Source: Candidatus Aenigmatarchaeota archaeon
GTDB lineage: Archaea; Aenigmatarchaeota; Aenigmatarchaeia; CG10238-14; SpSt-28
NCBI GenBank assembly: GCA_044343155.1
Contig: JAVZSS010000001.1
Span: 6,023-70,022, forward strand
Direction: 5' to 3'
Length of the DNA stretch: 64,000 bases
A program made the translations under genes and the position numbers. Shown here in pieces: positions 57,184 through 64,000 of the stretch; the stretch's first letter is position 1; each line of letters begins with the position of its first letter. The notes below the pieces were generated by a model. It was not told the DNA's origin and ran no database searches. It saw only the letters and a program-made list of their open reading frames with translations.

Positions 57184-58389
57184 TCAACTGTAGCTTTGAG
57201 TAATTTTTTCTTTAATTTTCTTAATTACCTTTCTTCCTTGATCAAACCAATAATCTGTACCCCAATATACATAGCAACTTGTTTCTGCAATCAGTAAAAG
57301 TTTAATCAATTCTTCATCTTTGGTCTCATTAACGATTTTACTTATTTCATCTATTTCTTTAGCAATACTAGCTCTTTTTTCTCCCCACATCCATCTTTCA
57401 TGTCCAACTATCCAAGAAGCCCCAACCAATTTTAATTCTACATTTTCCAATTTTTCATCTTTATAATAATTTTCCAAAAAATCCGAAACAAGAATAGAAG
57501 ATACTTTTCCGTCTTTAAACCTAGTGAAAAACTCTGTATAAGTTTCTGGGAAAAATTGATTCATCATAACATTTCCGTTTTCTCCATCACTTGCTGTTAT
57601 AATTAAAGCCGGTTTATTTCCACCTAAAATTTCTTTAGCTTTTCTACATTGCTGATAAATATAGCTAGCAGACATTCCTGCTTGTTGATCTAAAAAATAA
57701 TATGGTGCAGAAAAAAAGACAATAATTTCTTGCCCACTTATAGAAATCTTATAAGGCTTAGAAAAGTATCTTACTCTCTCTTCAAAACCCAATCTTTCAT
57801 AATTTGCTAAAGAAAAAATTGGTAATATAATCCACTCATAACCAAAATCTCTAAGAATTTTTATTAACTTTGCTAGCTTATCTCCATAAGATGGAACTCC
57901 CATTTCTGGCAACCAAAATCCTTTAACATTTTTAAGATGACCTTTTCCAAAAATAGAGGAAAAAACATTTTGCCATTCTCTAACTTGCCATTCCCAATCT
58001 CTTTCTGGAGTTACAGGAAAATAACAATGAGAATATGCAGTACCTGCAAACTCTATACTATTCGGAAATATTTTCATTATTCTTTTATAATATTCAATTA
58101 TGTTTCCTATTTTTTCACCATGAACTTCTATATTTTCTAGAAATTTGGATAAACTATTTAAAGATTCTAGAAGAATTCCGGAGAAATCCAACATAATTTT
58201 TGGTTCATATTTTTTCAACTTTTCAATATAAGTTGCAGGATTTTTGTATGCTCTAGCAATCAACTTTCCATCCCAACTCTCTTTTGAATCTCTTGACAAA
58301 ATCATCTTTTTCAAATTACTTTCAAGAATATCATCAATCCAAATTAAAGGTTGATGCATGTGTAGCCATGGAGTCCAAAAAGCTTCCAT
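57184..58389 (-). CDS. GH57-family glycoside hydrolase
   Basis: HMHQP, GFWLPE, SDGEN, ETSCY. Confidence 0.85.
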   Translation of the reverse strand: MEAFWTPWLHMHQPLIWIDDILESNLKKMILSRDSKESWDGKLIARAYKNPATYIEKLKKYEPKIMLDFSGILLESLNSLSKFLENIEVHGEKIGNIIEYYKRIMKIFPNSIEFAGTAYSHCYFPVTPERDWEWQVREWQNVFSSIFGKGHLKNVKGFWLPEMGVPSYGDKLAKLIKILRDFGYEWIILPIFSLANYERLGFEERVRYFSKPYKISISGQEIIVFFSAPYYFLDQQAGMSASYIYQQCRKAKEILGGNKPALIITASDGENGNVMMNQFFPETYTEFFTRFKDGKVSSILVSDFLENYYKDEKLENVELKLVGASWIVGHERWMWGEKRASIAKEIDEISKIVNETKDEELIKLLLIAETSCYVYWGTDYWFDQGRKVIKKIKEKITQSYS

Positions 58390-58426
58390 ATGAAAGATTA
58401 AAAATAAAAAATTAATTTGAAATTTT

Positions 58427-58498
58427 TGGACCGGCCGGGATTCGAACCCGGAGCCTCCGCCTTGCGAGGGCGGCGATCTACCATTGATCTACCGGCCC
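58427..58498 (-). tRNA. tRNA-Ala(CGC)
   Basis: GGGCCGG/CCGGTCC-A with G3-U70; CCGCC-CT-CGC-AA-GGCGG. Confidence 0.96.
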
Positions 58499-58526
58499 AT
58501 TTTAATTTTTAGAAAAAAAGATTATA

Positions 58527-59252
58527 ATGAAGGTAGATGGGTTAAAAATCAAAGGAGATTATATTTTGAATCTGGAGTTTGAAGAAGAACCATTCTGTTG
58601 GCAAAGAAAAATGAGTGAATTGATAAAAGAAAAGGTTATCTTGGATTTGAGAAGTGGAAGAAAGGCTCTCGAATTTTTTGGTGATAGAGTTGTTTATTTT
58701 GTTTATAATTTATGGAAAGGTATAAGAAAATACAACATTATTAAAGAAAAATTTGGGCTAAACTTTGATTTAACACTGCTTAAAAAAGGAATTTTTTCTG
58801 TAGAAAAAAATGGAGAGCTTTTTTTAACATATGGTCATAAACATGAAAAAAATAGAGGTGAATTTTACAAAGTTATTAAAAATGAATGTATAATTCTTCT
58901 TTCCGATATAGAAAAAAAGAAATCATATTTTGTTGAACTAAAAGAAGGTGATTCCATATTTATATCCCCAAGATATATTCATCGTTTAATCTCCAAAAAT
59001 GTTGATTGCTTAATTTTAGGAGTTGTTCCAGAAGATGCTGGTCATAATTATGAGATTGTAAAAAATAGAGGATTTCCATTTCATTTTTTCCTAAAAGATA
59101 GTTGGATAAAAATAGTTGAAAATAAAAAATATAAAAATCATAAGATATTCAAAGCTTTTCCGAAAAATAGAGAAATACCAATAGAAAAATTAAAAAAAGT
59201 TTTGTATAATCCTAAAAATTATAAGAATCTATATGACTTAAATTTCTTCTAA
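58527..59252 (+). CDS. Cupin-type glucose-6-phosphate isomerase
   Basis: TYGHKH..E.Y, HRLI, GHNY cupin motifs. Confidence 0.78.
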   Translation: MKVDGLKIKGDYILNLEFEEEPFCWQRKMSELIKEKVILDLRSGRKALEFFGDRVVYFVYNLWKGIRKYNIIKEKFGLNFDLTLLKKGIFSVEKNGELFLTYGHKHEKNRGEFYKVIKNECIILLSDIEKKKSYFVELKEGDSIFISPRYIHRLISKNVDCLILGVVPEDAGHNYEIVKNRGFPFHFFLKDSWIKIVENKKYKNHKIFKAFPKNREIPIEKLKKVLYNPKNYKNLYDLNFF

Positions 59253-61178
59253 AGCAAAAATCTTGTATTCTTTTCCTAAGCTACTTTTATAATTTACTCT
59301 TAATTTTTTTTCTTTAAACTCGATAGAAATAGTAACCATATCGTCCCCTATTCTTATAGTTCTTACAAAATTTCCTTCAATTTTTGGAGAAACCTTAATA
59401 ACTTTCGAAATTGCATCATATTCTAAACCTAACAATCCTTCGTCTATCGCTTTTATTATCATCGCAGAACTCCATAGTTGAATAAAAGCGCTTTCTTCTT
59501 TACCTATTGGTTTTTCTACTATTAAATCTCCGTTTTCTGAATTCCACACTTCTGGGATTGAAGAAATAGCCAAAGAATTGCACTTATTATAAATTCTTCT
59601 CAAATTCTCCAAAGCTCTTTCTATTCTTCCTACTTTAAATTCAAGAAATGATAATAAAGCTAATAAGTGAGACCAACTAGCCCCTTTGTGATAAGATGCA
59701 GGACTGTATTCTTTAGAATTTTTTGGCAATGTAGATAAACCTACATCTGTAAGAAAAGTTTCTTCTAACTTAATAACGAAATCTTTCTTTAAAGGAATAA
59801 CTTCAGCTAAAGGTAAAAATATCTGATTAATTGATGTATATTCTTTATCAAGAACGTCTAAATAATACTCATCCTTTCTAAAGTATTTAGCTATGTTTTT
59901 CTTAAGAATTTTCTTCGCTTGCTCTATCTCTTTTAAAATTTCTTTTTCTTCTATCAAGCTAAAAATTTTTGACATACAATCTAAAGCATAATACCAAAAT
60001 GCTTGAACTTCTAAACAATAGCCTTCTCTTTCTAAGGAGTCCATCCAAGTTGAATTTTTATTAGAATAAATGAAGCCATTTTCGTTTTTATTTTTTTGGT
60101 AAAATCTGAAAATTTCTATTAGTTTTTCTTTAATTTCTTCAATAAGAAAAACTTTTCCAGTCTTTATTATGTATTTGTAAAGAGCTATTACAAACAATGG
60201 AGTTGAATCTGAAGAATTGTAATCTATATAATCTTTAGCAATAAAGTTTGGAATCATTCCATTTTTCAAATTCTTGGCAAACAATAAAATGGTGTTTTTA
60301 GCTGCATCTTCATCAAAAATATAACTCCAAATTGCTAGAAAAGAATCTCTACTCCAAACTTGAGTAAACCATGGATAGCCAGCTACAAATACTCTTTTAT
60401 CTTCGAACTCAACAATATTCTTCTTCATATTGAGAATTGCTATTTTGAAAAGTTCATTTAAGTAATTAATATCACTAGAAAACATGTTTTCTTTTAAAAC
60501 TTTTTCATATACTTCTCTTTTCTCTTTTTCTAAATTTTCCACATTTTTTATTATAGTCTCTACTTCAAAAACCTCCAAATTTATAGCAAAAGCAAAATAT
60601 AATACCTTAACTTCTTTGCCTTCAAGATACAAATTAATCAAAAAATTTTTCGTAACAAAACACCTTTGTGGCTCATTACTAGGATAATGTGTTTTATAAA
60701 AGTGATAACCAATAAATTCTCCTTGATGACTTGAGTAAAATATTACCTTTCCTTTTTCGCATTTAGCAACATAATAGTTGTTTCTATAACTTATTTCATA
60801 CTCTCTCTCATTCCAATTTTCATTCCAATCTCTTATGTTTAAGGCTGTTTCTAATTCTATTTTAACATTCTCTTTATTTTCATTTTTGTTTTCAATTCTA
60901 AGTTTTATAATCAAACATCTTTCTTTTTCTGGAACAAATAGTGTTTCTTCAATTTTTAAATTTTGAGTTTCATAAAAATGTTTAAATTTTTCTAGATCTT
61001 CTTCAACAGCTTTTTGAATAGAAGGTAGCCAAACATCGTTTATCTTTATCGCATAATATTCCAAAAACTTTCTACTCAAAGACCACAACCCATTCCATTT
61101 GGATTTAAAACCACAATCTGTGAATCTGTTAAAAAAACATTTTTCTCCAACAAGAAAATAAATTTTGCTATCGTTCAT
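59238..61178 (-). CDS. Amylo-alpha-1,6-glucosidase (glycogen debranching enzyme)
   Basis: AGYPWF..WSRD, DSTPLF, TWMD, YHKG..W, QLWS. Confidence 0.88.
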   Translation of the reverse strand: MNDSKIYFLVGEKCFFNRFTDCGFKSKWNGLWSLSRKFLEYYAIKINDVWLPSIQKAVEEDLEKFKHFYETQNLKIEETLFVPEKERCLIIKLRIENKNENKENVKIELETALNIRDWNENWNEREYEISYRNNYYVAKCEKGKVIFYSSHQGEFIGYHFYKTHYPSNEPQRCFVTKNFLINLYLEGKEVKVLYFAFAINLEVFEVETIIKNVENLEKEKREVYEKVLKENMFSSDINYLNELFKIAILNMKKNIVEFEDKRVFVAGYPWFTQVWSRDSFLAIWSYIFDEDAAKNTILLFAKNLKNGMIPNFIAKDYIDYNSSDSTPLFVIALYKYIIKTGKVFLIEEIKEKLIEIFRFYQKNKNENGFIYSNKNSTWMDSLEREGYCLEVQAFWYYALDCMSKIFSLIEEKEILKEIEQAKKILKKNIAKYFRKDEYYLDVLDKEYTSINQIFLPLAEVIPLKKDFVIKLEETFLTDVGLSTLPKNSKEYSPASYHKGASWSHLLALLSFLEFKVGRIERALENLRRIYNKCNSLAISSIPEVWNSENGDLIVEKPIGKEESAFIQLWSSAMIIKAIDEGLLGLEYDAISKVIKVSPKIEGNFVRTIRIGDDMVTISIEFKEKKLRVNYKSSLGKEYKIFALEEI

Positions 61179-61224
61179 TTATAAATTTTATGCTGTTCTT
61201 TAAATTGCTTTATTAAATTATTTT

Positions 61225-61566
61225 ATGTTAAAGCAAGTTATAATAGTAAGAAAGGATTTAGATTGGAGCAAAGGTAAGCTAGCTGCACATGTAGCTCATG
61301 CTAGTTTAGAAGCAGCCCTAAATGTTGATAAAGAATTATTAGAAAAATGGAGAAGGTCTGGTGCAAAAAAAGTTGTTCTTAAAGTTAAAGATCTAAAAGA
61401 GTTGAGAAAAATAGAAAAAGAGTTGAGAAAAGAAAAGATAAGTTATGTAAAAATTTCCGATGCTGGATTAACTCAATTAAGAAAGGGAACTATAACTTGT
61501 ATAGGAATTGGACCTATAGAAGAAAAAAGAATTGATAAAATAACTGGGGATTTAAGTCTCTTGTGA
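61225..61566 (+). CDS. pth2: Peptidyl-tRNA hydrolase Pth2
   Basis: KGKLAAHVAHA, KKVVLK, DAGLTQ, GIGP. Confidence 0.95.
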   Translation: MLKQVIIVRKDLDWSKGKLAAHVAHASLEAALNVDKELLEKWRRSGAKKVVLKVKDLKELRKIEKELRKEKISYVKISDAGLTQLRKGTITCIGIGPIEEKRIDKITGDLSLL

Positions 61567-62031
61567 AAGTTTATTTTTCAATAGTATAGCCAATGCACTT
61601 TTTATTACGTTTATTTGATCTTCTCTGGGGATATAAAAGTATATAGTGCGCTCGAGCATCCTTCTTACGACATTATAAATATATAGTATTGCATCTGAAT
61701 AACCTACTAGATAACAGTAAATAGCCAGCTGATATTTTCCTTTTCTTTTTTGAAAATCCAGATTCTCTTTAAATCTATAAGTCTTAAGCTCTTCCACAAC
61801 CCTTCTTTCTCTATCTACTCTGTCAGGAGACCCGTAAATTCTAACTCTAAAACCACCATATTCTATTATAGATTCATAAAGTTCACTACCATAAAATTCC
61901 AAAATTTGATGATAGTATTTTCCATTTTCATTTTTTTTGTAGTTTCTTTTTTTGTTTTTTATACTATTTTCACTTTCCACTAAAGCATTAACCAGCCTAG
62001 TTACAGAACAGGAAAAATCAAAATCTTTCAT
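61552..62031 (-). CDS. Stand-alone PD-(D/E)XK nuclease (Cas4/RecB-like core)
   Basis: G..YH, GSPD, ELKT, QLAIY motifs. Confidence 0.75.
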   Translation of the reverse strand: MKDFDFSCSVTRLVNALVESENSIKNKKRNYKKNENGKYYHQILEFYGSELYESIIEYGGFRVRIYGSPDRVDRERRVVEELKTYRFKENLDFQKRKGKYQLAIYCYLVGYSDAILYIYNVVRRMLERTIYFYIPREDQINVIKSALAILLKNKLSQET

Positions 62032-62062
62032 TTTTTATTAAGCTAGAAAAATCTTAAATATT

Positions 62063-62653
62063 TTATATTCTTATTCCTAAAACTGTCATAATAAATTTTG
62101 TTGTTGCTAAATCTAACTCTCTTAAACTTCTTCCAGAAATGAAAACAGTGTAATTTTCTAATCTTACTAAAGTTTCATTTGCTATTGCTGGTGGTATTAT
62201 ATATATTACAGGATTTGTAGAATTTCCTTTTAACTCTAAAATATCTGAAACCTCTTTTCCCTTTACTTCAACTGATAAACCATTTAAAGTGTAAAAACTT
62301 ACTAATTTAAACGTTATTTCATAAGCTTCTACTCCAATATAATGAGTTTCGTTTGTCGTGTTTAATATAGCTATTGTTATTCTATTCAAATTTTTATTCC
62401 AAAAAACATCTTTTATAATTTCTTCATTAGGATAAACCTCTATATTTTTCGCTAATCTTAAATCTGCTCTAAACTCCATTGGAATATTAAAGTAAACTAT
62501 TTTTGTAACCGGTTGAAGAGATTTATACCAACTATATATTTGTGGTAGACAAAAATCAATAATAAAAAGTGCAAATATTAGAACAGATATCAATATTATT
62601 TTCTTAATATCAAGGCTTATTTTAACGTCTTCTATTTTCTTTCTTTGTCTCAT
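62063..62653 (-). CDS. Membrane-anchored hypothetical protein
   Basis: Single N-terminal TM; several sequons. Confidence 0.65.
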   Translation of the reverse strand: MRQRKKIEDVKISLDIKKIILISVLIFALFIIDFCLPQIYSWYKSLQPVTKIVYFNIPMEFRADLRLAKNIEVYPNEEIIKDVFWNKNLNRITIAILNTTNETHYIGVEAYEITFKLVSFYTLNGLSVEVKGKEVSDILELKGNSTNPVIYIIPPAIANETLVRLENYTVFISGRSLRELDLATTKFIMTVLGIRI

Positions 62654-62666
62654 AAATTTATTTTAT

Positions 62667-63326
62667 TCAATCAATAAATTCTTTTAATTGAATCTCATTA
62701 TAAAATCCTTCAAGCTTTACTTTTTCATTTATTATGATTGTGGGAAGATAATTTACAGAAAAATATTGTTTAAGTGTTGAAACTATTCCTAACTTAGAAT
62801 CCGCATCTATAGCAAAAATCATATATTTTTCCGGATTTTTCCTCTTTAACCTATCTAAAATTATACCTTGCGCTATACAGTCGTCACATCTGTATAAAGA
62901 TGTGTAGAAAAACAAAATAGTAGTTACATTATAATTACATTTTTCTCTCAAGTTTTTCATATGTAACCAAAGCTGAAGGTTTGTTAAAAAATATTTTTGT
63001 TTCAATATCTCCAAATCATAAGATTTTAGTTTAGTAGTTTCTTTAAAAGTTTCTAAGTAACTACCTAATTTACCAGCTTCTTCTGCTAATTTTGTAGTTT
63101 TTTCATTATATATCTCACAAATTTTTTCATTTTCAATTTCAAAAGATTTGAAAAATAATTCTTCTAGCATTAGATTTGAAAAATCTATTTGAAACTCTTC
63201 TAATTTTGACGCAAAAAAACCTATTCTTATTGAGTCCAAATAAATACCTATTCCTATACCTACTACAAAAACTAAAATTGTTAAAAGTGCTGCTTTTAAA
63301 TAAATTTTGGTGTCTATCTTTCCCAT
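62667..63326 (-). CDS. Membrane-anchored thioredoxin-like protein
   Basis: N-terminal TM; FFY..CDDC and YLPTIIIN. Confidence 0.7.
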   Translation of the reverse strand: MGKIDTKIYLKAALLTILVFVVGIGIGIYLDSIRIGFFASKLEEFQIDFSNLMLEELFFKSFEIENEKICEIYNEKTTKLAEEAGKLGSYLETFKETTKLKSYDLEILKQKYFLTNLQLWLHMKNLREKCNYNVTTILFFYTSLYRCDDCIAQGIILDRLKRKNPEKYMIFAIDADSKLGIVSTLKQYFSVNYLPTIIINEKVKLEGFYNEIQLKEFID

Positions 63327-64000
63327 TTTGTTTTCGCCCTTAAAATTTCTTTAATTATACTCAAAAACCAACTGTAAGCTAATACAAAAGGATAGATAAA
63401 TATTTGTACTAGGTAAGAAAATAAATTTTTCACAAAATTTTTTTCTTTACTCATTATTAGACTTAGATAAAAAATATAAGCGTACAAAATTATGTTTGCC
63501 AACCAAAACACATTAGAAACTGTTGTATATAATATTGGTGAGTCTAAATTTCTTAGATCTATTTCTGGTATTTCTATCCCTGTTTTGAAATATATAGAAT
63601 ACAAATCTAAAACAATTCTATAAATTGAATAAACCAAAGAAGAAATATTTATGAAAAGTAATCCAACAAAAACTACATATAATGGTAATGTGTAAACTCC
63701 TAAATTTCCAAATTTTGGATTAAAAAACATTTCCTTATATTCTCTAGATGTTATTATAAATCCTCTATACCACCTAACTCTTTGCCTTATTAGTCTTTTA
63801 AAAGTTTCTGGAGTTTTTGTATAAACTATTGAATTTAAACATGTTTCAATCTTATATCCAGCTTTTTGTAACCTGAATGTTAATTCCATATCTTCAGTTA
63901 TATTTTTTTCGTCCCAACCACCAACTCTTTCTAATGCTTCCTTTCTATATAGCCCAAAAGGTCCTGGAACCACAAAAACTGAATCCATTAAAGCCAAAAC
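63314..64000 (-). CDS. Processive glycosyltransferase family 2, C-terminal part (partial)
   Basis: TED and QRVRW motifs followed by TM helices. Confidence 0.9.
   Translation of the reverse strand, partial: VLALMDSVFVVPGPFGLYRKEALERVGGWDEKNITEDMELTFRLQKAGYKIETCLNSIVYTKTPETFKRLIRQRVRWYRGFIITSREYKEMFFNPKFGNLGVYTLPLYVVFVGLLFINISSLVYSIYRIVLDLYSIYFKTGIEIPEIDLRNLDSPILYTTVSNVFWLANIILYAYIFYLSLIMSKEKNFVKNLFSYLVQIFIYPFVLAYSWFLSIIKEILRAKTKWER

Noticed and set aside
58433..58451. GCCGGGATTCGAACCCGG similarity between tRNA-Ala and tRNA-Asp as another att site
   Set aside because: Ordinary T-arm conservation between complete tRNAs
850..61983. Numerous 60-130 aa ORFs opposite or inside long genes (e.g. 850-1113, 7925-8284, 33771-34148, 47285-47677)
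   Set aside because: F/S/I/L-rich antisense shadows of K/E-rich genes with no independent motifs

Overview
This is an AT-rich archaeal chromosome segment. Gene content and style suggest a DPANN lineage, possibly Aenigmarchaeota (inference). It holds about 70 CDS, 5 tRNA genes (Ser-CGA, Ser-TGA and Gln-TTG with introns; Asp-GTC and Ala-CGC without) and a 5S rRNA with no 16S/23S nearby. Housekeeping content includes the exosome/proteasome/RNase P genes, the prefoldin-ftsY-srp54-trmY-pus10-rpl21e-rpo4 cluster, Hef as separate helicase and nuclease ORFs, ppsA with a 514-aa homing-endonuclease intein, and three glycogen/glycolysis clusters. The main accessory feature is a ~10.1 kb element integrated at the 3' end of tRNA-Asp, bounded by 16-bp direct repeats at 23401-23416 and 33468-33483. 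It encodes an intact tyrosine integrase, a PriX-like protein plus an MCM-like helicase, a divergent AbrB/wHTH pair with a palindromic operator, and a three-gene surface-protein operon downstream of an ArsR-like regulator. That operon looks like a donor-strand fibre system (major subunit, minor subunit, membrane anchor). Gene order also suggests a ~53.6 kb inversion with breakpoints at 1880/1881 and 55523/55524. All protein calls come from motifs recognised by eye; no database searches were run.
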